DNA of 64,000 nucleotides, taken from assembly GCA_005878635.1 (NCBI GenBank), contig VBLS01000110.1, positions 506-64,505 of the forward strand, read 5' to 3'. This DNA comes from Methanobacteriota archaeon. GTDB taxonomy: Archaea; Thermoplasmatota; Thermoplasmata; RBG-16-68-12. The notes beneath the pieces are model-generated. The model was not told the origin of the DNA and did not search any database. It worked only from the letters and a program-made list of their open reading frames with translations. A program made the translations under genes and the position numbers. The stretch's first letter is position 1, and every line of letters starts with the position of its first letter. Shown here piece after piece: positions 1-8,666 of the stretch.

Positions 1-168
1 GAGATCGGGATCTGCGGCGAGCACGGCGGGGATCCGTCGAGCATCGAGTTGTGCCACCTCCTCGGCCTCAACTACGTATCGTGTTCGCCCTTCCGGGTAC
101 CGGTCGCCCGCCTCGCGGCGGCCCATGCAAAGCTTCGAGAACAGGTCGGCGAATTCGGGGACCGCTGA
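1..168 (+). CDS. 3' end of pyruvate, phosphate dikinase / PEP-utilizing enzyme (partial, N-terminus outside window)
   Basis: Frame-1 translation [45 protein letters not shown] matches the conserved PPDK C-terminal TIM-barrel tail (CGE.GGDP ... [19 protein letters not shown]). The stop is TGA at 166-168. Confidence 0.7.
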   Translation, partial: EIGICGEHGGDPSSIELCHLLGLNYVSCSPFRVPVARLAAAHAKLREQVGEFGDR

Positions 169-180
169 CCTGGTGGAACG

Positions 181-960
181 TTGGCGGGCTTCGCGGATTC
201 GCCGTACTTTCTCGGCGTCCTGTTGGTCTCCGCGTTCACGATGCCCGTCATCTTCACGGTGTGGATCCGGAACACGGCCCGGTATGGGAGAGAACCGTGG
301 CGAAAGGTGATCCGGGCCTTCTTGTGGGGCGCCGTGTTCAGCGTGATCGTCGCGGTCATCTTCAGCCTAATTTTGGCCGCGACCCTCGGTCAAGTCGGGC
401 CGCTGAACACGTTTCTCATTCGACGTTTCCACGATCCGGATGTCGTATATCTGATCATCGGGGCCCTGATTGTTGCGCCGATCGTCGAGGAGGCGGCGAA
501 GGGCCTGGGGGTCCGCGAGGGGAGGCCGGAGATTCAAGGGTTGCTCGATGGGCTCGTCTACGGGGCCGCCGCGGGGTTGGGTTTCTCGGCGACGGAGAAT
601 CTGATCTACGGAGTCAACGCCCTCCTGTCTCCCGACGGCGGGGCCACGGCCTCCCTGGCGGCGATTGCGATTCGGTCCTTTTCCTCGTCGTTCCTCCACG
701 CGAGCTCGAGCGCGACCTTCGGCTACGGACTCGCGAAGGCATGGCTCACGCGTCGCACCTGGGCCTTCGTCCCGTACTATCTGCTCGCGGTGATCATGCA
801 CTCGACCTTCAACCTCCTGACGACGATCGGAGTGTTGTACGCGACCCCGTACGGGGAGACGGTGGGCTTCGTGGCCGCCGTCGCCTTCGCGCTCGTCGCC
901 ATCACGATCGTGCGGCTCAAACTCGCCGCGCATCCGCGAACGGTGGCCGGTAATCGATGA
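181..960 (+). CDS. PrsW-family intramembrane metalloprotease-like membrane protein
   Basis: Multi-TM protein with the PrsW signature motifs EEAAKGLG, FxxTEN, a REPW segment and conserved His residues. The only possible start is TTG at 181, four codons after the upstream stop. The stop overlaps the next gene's ATG as ATGA. Confidence 0.55.
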   Translation: MAGFADSPYFLGVLLVSAFTMPVIFTVWIRNTARYGREPWRKVIRAFLWGAVFSVIVAVIFSLILAATLGQVGPLNTFLIRRFHDPDVVYLIIGALIVAPIVEEAAKGLGVREGRPEIQGLLDGLVYGAAAGLGFSATENLIYGVNALLSPDGGATASLAAIAIRSFSSSFLHASSSATFGYGLAKAWLTRRTWAFVPYYLLAVIMHSTFNLLTTIGVLYATPYGETVGFVAAVAFALVAITIVRLKLAAHPRTVAGNR

Positions 961-1622
961 ATCCGGAAGTCGCGGTGGGCGATCGAGTCATCCGAGTCCC
1001 GAAGATCCTCTGCGTCGCCCGGAACTACGCGGACCACGCAAAAGAGATGGGGACCCCGGTCCCGAAGGAGCCGATCTTCTTCCTCAAGCCGACGACCGCC
1101 CTTTTGCCTGGAGGCGGGACGATTCTCCTCCCGGCGGAATCGAAACGAGTCGAAGTCGAGACCGAACTCGCGGTGATCCTGAAGGCCGGCGGTCGAGATG
1201 TGTCGGCCGCGAAGGCAGTGGATCTCATCGGCGGCTACGCCGTGTTCTTCGACATCACAGCGCGCGATCTCCAATCGAAGGCGCGGGAAGAGGGCGGACC
1301 ATGGACAGCCGCCAAGGGCTTCGACACCTTCGCACCGATTTCGAAGGGCGTCGTCGCGCATCGCGGAATCGATCCGCACGGCCTGTCGATTCGCCTCCGG
1401 GTGAACGGCGTTGTTCGGCAGGATTCGAACACGAGTCAGATGGTCTTCCGAATCCCCCAGCTGATCGAAGCGAGTTCGAGGATCATGACCCTCGAAGAGG
1501 GGGACGTCCTTGCGACGGGTACGCCTGCGGGTGTGTGGCCGATCGTCTCCGGCGACGTCCTCGATGCGGAGATTTCCCGGGTCGGAACCCTGCGCTGCAA
1601 CGTCGCTTCGCGAAACCGTTAA
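957..1622 (+). CDS. Fumarylacetoacetate hydrolase (FAH) family protein (2-keto-4-pentenoate hydratase/HpaG-like)
   Basis: 221 aa with FAH-fold motifs: ARNYADHAKEMG, FFLKP, ETELAVIL, and a GDVLATGTPAGV metal-binding tail. Confidence 0.8.
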   Translation: MNPEVAVGDRVIRVPKILCVARNYADHAKEMGTPVPKEPIFFLKPTTALLPGGGTILLPAESKRVEVETELAVILKAGGRDVSAAKAVDLIGGYAVFFDITARDLQSKAREEGGPWTAAKGFDTFAPISKGVVAHRGIDPHGLSIRLRVNGVVRQDSNTSQMVFRIPQLIEASSRIMTLEEGDVLATGTPAGVWPIVSGDVLDAEISRVGTLRCNVASRNR

Positions 1623-1650
1623 CTATCCCGGACCGCGTGCATGGCAGAGC

Positions 1651-2121
1651 ATGCGTTTTCGCTTTGAGATGGACGGAGACGTCTATTCAAAACACAAGGA
1701 TTCTTTCAAGCGCCTCCTGGCGAAGCACGGCCTTCGGTGGCGAGGCAGTCTGGACCGTCCCTTCTGGGCGAGTGCGACGGAACGGGTCACCGGCCTCTTC
1801 GATCGAGATGCGGAAAAGGACCTCCTGAAGTCCGCCACTCTGACTTGGGAGAGCGCCGGAAAGTCGCGGCTGCTCGAGGACCTGAAAGCCTGGGCCTGGG
1901 AGGTCGGCGCGAACGCCGTGGAGGACCGATCCCCGTCGGCCGAGGAGGTGACGGACGAGGTCGAGCAAGCTCTCCGCTACTGGGACTTCGTGTGGAAGCC
2001 CAACGAGGACCTCCTCAAGGCTCAGGGTCGCCCCCAGGCGTGGATCGATGCCGACGTCAAGCAATGGAAGCAACGGCGACAGGAACGGCGCCGCGAACTC
2101 ATCGGTCAAGCGACCGATTAG
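1651..2121 (+). CDS. Hypothetical Trp-rich cytoplasmic protein
   Basis: 156-aa ORF from an ATG immediately after the FAH gene. It shows coding-like amino-acid composition and has no recognisable motif. Confidence 0.35.
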   Translation: MRFRFEMDGDVYSKHKDSFKRLLAKHGLRWRGSLDRPFWASATERVTGLFDRDAEKDLLKSATLTWESAGKSRLLEDLKAWAWEVGANAVEDRSPSAEEVTDEVEQALRYWDFVWKPNEDLLKAQGRPQAWIDADVKQWKQRRQERRRELIGQATD

Positions 2122-2412
2122 GACAGTCCGATCGAGTGGACTTCAAGCGAATCATAGCAGTCGAAACAGAATCCTTGGCGTCGATCGTCGGGCAGAAGGA
2201 CGATTCGGGTGTGGCATTTCCGGCAGCGGGCTTCGCGGTCGCCTCCATCGGAAATCCGCCGTAGATCCGGACGAAGCTTCCATGAAATCGTACCCGCCCC
2301 CGAGCCACTCCCGGCGCCGCCACGGAGCCGATGCACTCTATAAGAACGTTGTGCGAAGCGGAACCGATGGCGGTCGGCGACGGTTTAATGCGCAAACGAT
2401 TGTTCCTCTTCC

Positions 2413-3027
2413 GTGCTCTCCGGTTTCGTCACGTTCGAAGGGATTGACGGGTCCGGCAAGACCACGGTGAGCCGGCTCGTGAAGGAGCGCCTTCGGTCCC
2501 AGGGCCACTCCGTCTTCCTGACGAGCGAGCCGACGCGCGGTTGGCTGGGAGAGACCGTTCGCCGGGGGATCGAGAAGGGCGTCAGTCCTCTCACGGAGAC
2601 CTTCCTGTTCCTCGCGGACCGCGCCGCCCACATCCAAGAGATTCGTTCCCACCTCGAGGCCGGGGAGATCGTCCTCTGCGACCGCTATGCGGATTCCACC
2701 TATGCCTACCAGGGGGCCCACTTGGTCGGAGTCCTGCGCGATCCCATCCGCTTCCTCCAGCGGGCGAGTGAGGGATGGATTCTCCCTCCCGATCTGACGA
2801 TCCTGCTTCGGGTCTCGCCGGAAGTCGGATTCGAACGGATCAAGGATCGACCCCACAAGATTCCGTTCGAGGACGTCGCGTTCCTCCGTCGGGTCGCGGC
2901 GAATTACGATCACCTCGCGAAGGCGCGACGGTTCTTCGTCTTGGACGCCGCCCGGCCGGCCGAGATCGTCAGCGACGAGGCCGTCGCGACGATTGAACGC
3001 CGCCTTGGCTCGAGGAGCCCGTCCTGA
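2413..3027 (+). CDS. tmk: Thymidylate kinase
   Basis: GTG start. P-loop FEGIDGSGKTT, LTSEPTRG and DRY motifs, and the LID region typical of dTMP kinase. Confidence 0.85.
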   Translation: MLSGFVTFEGIDGSGKTTVSRLVKERLRSQGHSVFLTSEPTRGWLGETVRRGIEKGVSPLTETFLFLADRAAHIQEIRSHLEAGEIVLCDRYADSTYAYQGAHLVGVLRDPIRFLQRASEGWILPPDLTILLRVSPEVGFERIKDRPHKIPFEDVAFLRRVAANYDHLAKARRFFVLDAARPAEIVSDEAVATIERRLGSRSPS

Positions 3028-3325
3028 TCGCGGACCGTCCCGCGAGGGATGCTTTGCGAAGGAGAAACGCACGGGCGAAGACATTCGCGATTTCCATGTT
3101 GCCTCGATGCAGTTCGAGGAGAAACGCTTTGCCGAACAGGACTTGAGTCGAGTCCTGTTTCTTCCGATTCGCCACGGGCGCGGTACGATGGGCCTATGGG
3201 GACCATGAAACGGCCTCCCAAGAATATCATCGGCGATTCTCAATTTCTCCAGATGGCAGGCCTCGGTCCTGGACAAAGCTATTTATGCGGTCGCCCGGTT
3301 ATCGCGACGCGCATGGGATGCACGC

Positions 3326-4816
3326 ATGGAATCCGCGGCTCGCCATAGGCCTTCTTCTCACCATGGCGATGGGTTCGTCGGCGTGATTTACGGGGACATC
3401 GGGACGACCGCGTTCCGTTGCTCGGTCGCGGAGGCTGTGGAGCGCAACGAGTTCATCCAAGTCCAACATGAGACCTGCGGTATCGTCCTCGGCCGCGTCG
3501 ACGAAGTTCAGCGAAAGACGGACCTCTCCCTAGATCGGGCACAAGCCCTCGGAGACGGAGACGCCGTTGACGTGGAGGAACGGGTCTCGGCGCAAATCAG
3601 CGTGATCGGATATCGCGACGACCGCGGCCTCCTGCAAGTTCCGAGGACGCCGTTTCGCGCGGGGGAACCCGTGCACCGCGCGGAGACGGCCACGATTCAA
3701 GACGTCATCGGGCTGACGGAGGACAAGAAGCACGGAGCCTACGTCGGCCTTCTCGCGGGTCATGAAGTGCCGGTCTACCTGGACATCAATGCGATGGTCC
3801 AGAAACACGTGTCGATCCTGGCGAAGACCGGCGGCGGAAAATCCTACATCGCGGGCGTCATGATCGAGGAACTGATGAAGCATCACGTGACCTGCGTGAT
3901 CCTCGATCCCCACGGCGAATACGCCTCCCTCCGAGAGAAGGGGAAGGCCGTCCATGGCGCGGCGCGCTTTCGGGTCGAGCCGCATGCGTACGCCGAGATC
4001 ATCCAGGTCTTTTCCCCGGACACCAAGGTGAACCCGGGGACCCGGCCGTTGAAGTTCACGTTGAGCAACCTCGATGCGCGGGACATCCTTTCCCTCACCG
4101 GCTCGGCCCGAGTCCGAACGCATCTCACGGCGTTGCGCAAGGCCCTCGACCTGTTGCGGCAGGCCGCGAAGGATTACACAATCCAAGATATCGTCCGCGT
4201 GCTCGAGCGGGAGGAGGACCCGCAGAATGCCTCCTTGATCGACGAGCTCGAATACCTGAGCGAGGTGGAGATCTTCGCGAAAGAAGGGACGCGGATCGAC
4301 GAGCTGGTGATCAAGGGAAAGACGACCATCATCAATCTGAAGGGCGTGCCCCCAGACATTCAGGAACTCGTCGTGAACCGCCTTGCGACGGCGATGTTCG
4401 AGTTGCGAAAAGTCGGTCGAATCCCACCGATGATGCTCGTCGTCGAAGAGGCCCATAACTTCTGCCCCCAAGTCGGCCAGGTCGCATCGTCAAAGGTGTT
4501 TCGAACGCTGGCTTCGGAAGGCCGCAAGTTTGGCCTGGGACTCGTCATCATCACACAGCGCGCTGCGAAGGTGGACAAGAACGTGCTCAGCCAGTGCAAC
4601 ACGCAAGTGATCCTGAAGGTCACGAATCCGAACGACCTGAAGGCGATCATCGCGAGTGTGGAAGGCCTCACCGCATCGCTGGCGGAGGAGATTTCCCGCC
4701 TCCCGATCGGCGTGGCAATCATGACCGGAGGGGGGCTCCAGATGCCCCTGATGGTCGAAGTCCGTCCCCGAGAAACGCGACACGGCGGAGAAAGCATCAA
4801 GGTCATCGACGATTGA
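3326..4816 (+). CDS. HerA/FtsK-like ATPase (DUF87 AAA-like domain with N-terminal HAS barrel)
   Basis: N-terminal HAS-barrel-like segment, Walker A AKTGGGKSY and Walker B hhhhDPHGE. The length is about 490 aa. No nurA, mre11 or rad50 gene lies nearby. The start codon is uncertain, with a possible in-frame GTG about 50 nt downstream. Confidence 0.75.
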   Translation: MESAARHRPSSHHGDGFVGVIYGDIGTTAFRCSVAEAVERNEFIQVQHETCGIVLGRVDEVQRKTDLSLDRAQALGDGDAVDVEERVSAQISVIGYRDDRGLLQVPRTPFRAGEPVHRAETATIQDVIGLTEDKKHGAYVGLLAGHEVPVYLDINAMVQKHVSILAKTGGGKSYIAGVMIEELMKHHVTCVILDPHGEYASLREKGKAVHGAARFRVEPHAYAEIIQVFSPDTKVNPGTRPLKFTLSNLDARDILSLTGSARVRTHLTALRKALDLLRQAAKDYTIQDIVRVLEREEDPQNASLIDELEYLSEVEIFAKEGTRIDELVIKGKTTIINLKGVPPDIQELVVNRLATAMFELRKVGRIPPMMLVVEEAHNFCPQVGQVASSKVFRTLASEGRKFGLGLVIITQRAAKVDKNVLSQCNTQVILKVTNPNDLKAIIASVEGLTASLAEEISRLPIGVAIMTGGGLQMPLMVEVRPRETRHGGESIKVIDD

Positions 4817-5120
4817 AAAACTCTTTCCGGAATTTCTCGCGTCCGGCTCATCGCGCACGGCCACTCCTGGAATCTCGCCCGAGGCTCGGTGTGTGCCTAG
4901 TGAATACATAGGACCCATAGTGAGTCGATTGAAAACGTGTTTCTCAAAAGAGATAGCGTCGTCGCCTCCATTAGTTGGCGAAATCAAATGCTCTGTTTGT
5001 ACGCAAGGAGACAATGGCGGTCAAAGAAGTGCCTGGGGGGGCGGTCAGTAACTCGAGGATTGTCGAGCGACCTTGACACTGGACGTCCAATTCAACGCAA
5101 ATCCCATCGAGGCACCTAGG

Positions 5121-6419
5121 ATGGTCGCGGCTCGTGACATTCCGGTCACTGCTGGTATCCACAACGAAGCCGGGAGCGAGACGGCCTCGAAGGCTCCCAT
5201 TCATTCGAATCGCGCTCCTCGCATTGCCCTCTACTCTCAGGGCATGATGGGCTTCGGCCACATCCGTCGCAATGCGTCGATCGCCCAAGCACTCCGCCGC
5301 TCCGCTCTCCAGCCCGCGATCGTCATGATTGCGGAAGCCTGGCAAGCGGGCGCGCTCCTCATGCCCGAGGGAATCGACTGCGTCACCCTTCCCGCCATCC
5401 GAAAGGAGGCGAACGGCGAATACAATCCCCGCTTTCTGCTGGACGTCTCGGACGCGGAACTCATCGCCCTCCGGACCCGGGTGATCCGGAGTGCCATGGA
5501 GGTCTTTGAGCCCGATGTGTTAATTGTGGACTACTTGCCCCTTGGAGTGGCCGGCGAATTGACTTCGACCCTCGAATACTTGCGGAGTCGCGCGAACACC
5601 CACTGCGTCCTCGGAGTTCGAGATGTCCTCTATGACCCGGAGACTGTGCGGCACTCCTGGGCGAATCCGACGAACACGGAGGCGATCCGAAAATACTACG
5701 ACGCGGTCTGGATCTATGGCGATCCGACCGTCTTCGACCCGGTTCGAGAATACGAGCTCAACGGTCCGATTGCCGCGAAGGCTCGGCATGTCGGATACCT
5801 CGACCAGCGCCCGCGGCTCGAGTTTGCGAGAGCCGAAGCGGAACCGTTTGTCGCGAATCTCCCGCAGGGCCGGATTGTCCTCTGCCTCGTCGGAGGTGGC
5901 CATGACGGGGGTGCACTCGGCGAAGCATTTCTCGGAGCGAAGTTGCCACCCGATGCGACCGGGGTCTTGGTGGCTGGTCCGTTAATGCCGTGGGAGGACC
6001 GGGAGCGGATTCGCCAGAACGCGAAAGGACGCTCCCATTTCCAAATGTTCGACTTCGTGCACGACCCGACTCCCCTGATCGAACGTGCGGACCGGATCAT
6101 CGCAATGGGCGGCTACAACACGGTTTGCGAAGCCCTTTCTTTCGAGAAGCACGCCCTCATCGTCCCCCGCGTGAGCCCGGAACCGGAGCAGTGGATCCGC
6201 GCCCAACGCCTCCGCGATCTCGGTTTGGTTGACGTGTTACATCCCGGCGCGCTGACCCCGGAGGCGTTGACGGAATGGCTCGCGAGCGATCTGGGACCCC
6301 CTCCAGCGAGTCGCAGTCGGATCGATTTCCAAGGGTTAACCCGCATACCGGCGATGGTCGCGGAGCTACTGAACGCCCCCTTTACCCACACGCCGGGAGA
6401 CATGCCTCTGCCCTTATGA
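5121..6419 (+). CDS. GT-B fold glycosyltransferase (GT28/GT1 MurG/MGT-like C-terminal donor-binding domain), paralog A
   Basis: The N-terminal Gly-rich motif MMGFGHIRR resembles the MurG/UGT GGTGGH loop. The C-terminal motif ADRIIAMGGYNTVCEALSFEKHALIVPR matches the hGGxx[TS]xxEaL...P.hhhP donor-binding signature of Glyco_tran_28_C/UDPGT enzymes. The start could instead be at 5073. The stop overlaps the next ATG (ATGA at 6416-6419). Confidence 0.7.
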   Translation: MVAARDIPVTAGIHNEAGSETASKAPIHSNRAPRIALYSQGMMGFGHIRRNASIAQALRRSALQPAIVMIAEAWQAGALLMPEGIDCVTLPAIRKEANGEYNPRFLLDVSDAELIALRTRVIRSAMEVFEPDVLIVDYLPLGVAGELTSTLEYLRSRANTHCVLGVRDVLYDPETVRHSWANPTNTEAIRKYYDAVWIYGDPTVFDPVREYELNGPIAAKARHVGYLDQRPRLEFARAEAEPFVANLPQGRIVLCLVGGGHDGGALGEAFLGAKLPPDATGVLVAGPLMPWEDRERIRQNAKGRSHFQMFDFVHDPTPLIERADRIIAMGGYNTVCEALSFEKHALIVPRVSPEPEQWIRAQRLRDLGLVDVLHPGALTPEALTEWLASDLGPPPASRSRIDFQGLTRIPAMVAELLNAPFTHTPGDMPLPL

Positions 6420-7690
6420 CCGCATCCATGAGCAACGGGATTCGCACGTTCCTGATGTACGCCCAGGATGGCAAAGGGATGGGGCACATCACCCGGACCA
6501 CGACGATTGCCAAGCATCTCCTCGCGGCCCATCCGAATTCCGTCGCCTACATCACGACGGAGTCCCCGGTCATCGGGGAGTTCACCCTCCCTGAACGGTG
6601 CGACTATCTGAAGTTGCCCAGGCGAATGAGCCCAACCACGGTCGTTGAGACGGAGGCGGAACATGAGGCGGCCATCGACCACTTCCGGATCCACGTCCGA
6701 TCCCGAATCCTGCGAGAGGCTGCGCTCGCGTTGGCCCCCGACCTTGTTCTGGTCGATCATGAACCCCTCGGTCGGAAAGGGGAGTTTCGGGAGGGCCTGT
6801 ACGCGTTGAAGGAGGAGTCCCCCACGACGAAGTTCGTGTTCGGTCTCCGCGACATTATGGACGGTGTCACTCGGATTCGGGCTCAGTGGCGAGACCTGGG
6901 GGTCTACGACGCCCTTGAGAACGTGTACGACGGCATCGCCGTATACGGTTCGCGGGACCTATACGACGTGGCGGAAGCCTATGCCATCCCGCCGTCCGTG
7001 CGTTCCAAGTTGCACTATTGCGGGTACGTCGTCCGGGATGGCGAGTGCACGGATGCAAACGAGATTCGCGAGCGGTACCAGGTCCCTTCGAAAGGACCCC
7101 TGGTCGTCGCGACGGTCGGCGGGGGAATCGACGGGTATCCCGTGCTGGAGGCCGCCTGCGCAGCCGTCCAACACTTGCAGTCGGTCCATCCCGATCTCAA
7201 CGCCGTCTTCGTGACCGGACCGCTCATGCCGCTCGACCAGCAGGAGAAACTTCGCGCGCGCGCCACCACGACGTGCCGCGTCCTCACCCGGGCCGACAAT
7301 TTTCAGCTCATGGCCGCGGCCGACGCCATCGTCAGCATGGGCGGATACAACAGCGTGTGCGAAGCTCTGTCCGTCGGTCGACCTCTGGTGATCGTGCCTC
7401 GGTCCACGCACAAAATCGAGCAGCAGATCCGAGCCGAGACCCTCGCCGCGCGCGGCCTCGCTCGATGGATCCACCCCAAAGACCTGAACGGCGGGGAGAG
7501 CCTCGCGGAGGCTCTGGAATGGGCGTTGACGCGTGATCCGCGGGACCACGCCCGGCTCGTTCGAAAGATCATCCCGTCCTTCGACGGAGCTTCAAATCTG
7601 ACCGCGTACGTTTCTCGCTGGCTGAGCGACGACGGGATGGGCGGCCGAGCCAACGGCCGAGAGCAGCTGTCAACGGAGGGATGGGCATGA
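6416..7690 (+). CDS. GT-B fold glycosyltransferase (GT28/GT1-like), paralog B
   Basis: Paralog of the upstream gene, with GKGMGHITR at the N-terminus and ADAIVSMGGYNSVCEALSVGRPLVIVPR at the C-terminus. It has ATGA overlaps with both neighbouring genes. Confidence 0.7.
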   Translation: MTASMSNGIRTFLMYAQDGKGMGHITRTTTIAKHLLAAHPNSVAYITTESPVIGEFTLPERCDYLKLPRRMSPTTVVETEAEHEAAIDHFRIHVRSRILREAALALAPDLVLVDHEPLGRKGEFREGLYALKEESPTTKFVFGLRDIMDGVTRIRAQWRDLGVYDALENVYDGIAVYGSRDLYDVAEAYAIPPSVRSKLHYCGYVVRDGECTDANEIRERYQVPSKGPLVVATVGGGIDGYPVLEAACAAVQHLQSVHPDLNAVFVTGPLMPLDQQEKLRARATTTCRVLTRADNFQLMAAADAIVSMGGYNSVCEALSVGRPLVIVPRSTHKIEQQIRAETLAARGLARWIHPKDLNGGESLAEALEWALTRDPRDHARLVRKIIPSFDGASNLTAYVSRWLSDDGMGGRANGREQLSTEGWA

Positions 7691-8664
7691 ATCCGGCGGA
7701 GACCCTCCAACCGGACGAGACCCACGCCATATTGAGCGGAGCTCTGCGCGAATTGGAGGGAGTTGGCGCCCGGCTCGAGGGTTGGACCGCGGACAATACC
7801 TTCACGCCGTTCGGGAAACGGCGTGTGGTCCGCTATGAGCTGGAGGCCCGGTTGGCTGGAGGTCCCGATGTGCGTCGATACCGTTGGGTCGGGAAATTCT
7901 ACGATCGGGATGACGATGCCCGTCGAGTCGCCACCGTCCTTCGCGAGCTGGGGTCGAACGGTCAGGTCGAATCCTGTCTCGCGGTTCCGAGCGTCCTCGC
8001 GTACCACGCGCCACGCCGTCTCTTGTTGTTGACGTACGAGTCCGGCGAGTCGATGACGACGGCGATGGCGCAGGACACGCAGAAGATCTTTGCCGCGATC
8101 GGTCGCACGCTGGCGACCTTGCACGCCCTTCCCATCGCCCCAACTCGGACGATCTTTCCGAACGCCGTCCTCGAAGATGTCCGGCCAAGAGTCCGGGATC
8201 TTTGCGAACGGTTCCCCAGCGAAGCCGGTTCCCTGGAGAGCGCGATCGATGCCCTGGAGCGCGATGCCCCGCCATTTCCCTCGGCACCGTCCTTCGTCCA
8301 CGGCGACTTCGGCCCTGCGAACCTCCTCTGGCGGGCGGGCCACGTCGTCGTGTTGGATTTCGACAAATGCGCGCTGGGTGACCCGGCGTGCGACCTGGGC
8401 AACCTATTCGCACAGCTGTTCCGAACTACGATCAAAAGGCCGGAAATCCTGCGGGACTTCCCCTCCGCGCGCGCGACAGTCCTCCAGTCCTACATCCGAT
8501 GGTCTCCGATCGATTCGGATCTGGACTCTCGGATCGCATGGTATGAGCGGGTTACTCTGTTGCGGAAGATTCATGGGTTGCTGTTCAGCAAGAGCCGAGA
8601 CCCACATCCGGAGGCGGTTCGACAACGTCAGGCCGAAGCCGTCCAGTTGTTGAGGATGGAATAG
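7687..8664 (+). CDS. APH/CotS/choline-kinase-fold phosphotransferase, paralog 1
   Basis: Catalytic loop FVHGDFGPANLL (HGDxxxxN) and metal-binding VVLDFD, typical of PF01636-type small-molecule kinases. The ATG at 7687 overlaps the upstream stop as ATGA. An alternative ATG lies at 7681. Confidence 0.7.
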   Translation: MNPAETLQPDETHAILSGALRELEGVGARLEGWTADNTFTPFGKRRVVRYELEARLAGGPDVRRYRWVGKFYDRDDDARRVATVLRELGSNGQVESCLAVPSVLAYHAPRRLLLLTYESGESMTTAMAQDTQKIFAAIGRTLATLHALPIAPTRTIFPNAVLEDVRPRVRDLCERFPSEAGSLESAIDALERDAPPFPSAPSFVHGDFGPANLLWRAGHVVVLDFDKCALGDPACDLGNLFAQLFRTTIKRPEILRDFPSARATVLQSYIRWSPIDSDLDSRIAWYERVTLLRKIHGLLFSKSRDPHPEAVRQRQAEAVQLLRME

Positions 8665-8666
8665 CC

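Noticed and set aside
51-953. 300-aa ORF overlapping the PrsW-like gene in another frame.
   Set aside because: It is Arg/Gly/Pro-rich and looks like a GC artefact. The PrsW frame has clear TM helices and family motifs.
2099-3276. ORFs 2099..2395(-) and 2338..3276(-), which overlap or flank tmk.
   Set aside because: They are antisense to tmk or in low-information gaps. They have biased composition and no motifs.
4817-5120. 300-nt AT-richer gap upstream of the GT operon, considered as an ncRNA or mobile-element remnant.
   Set aside because: No terminal repeats, no integrase and no tRNA-like folds. It is most simply the operon promoter or 5' region. It has weak TATA-like boxes and partial inverted repeats only.
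7681-7686. Alternative ATG start for kinase 1 at 7681 (MGMNPAE...).
   Set aside because: The ATG at 7687 forms the ATGA overlap with the upstream stop. The same pattern is used at the preceding junction. Either start is possible, and the difference is two codons.
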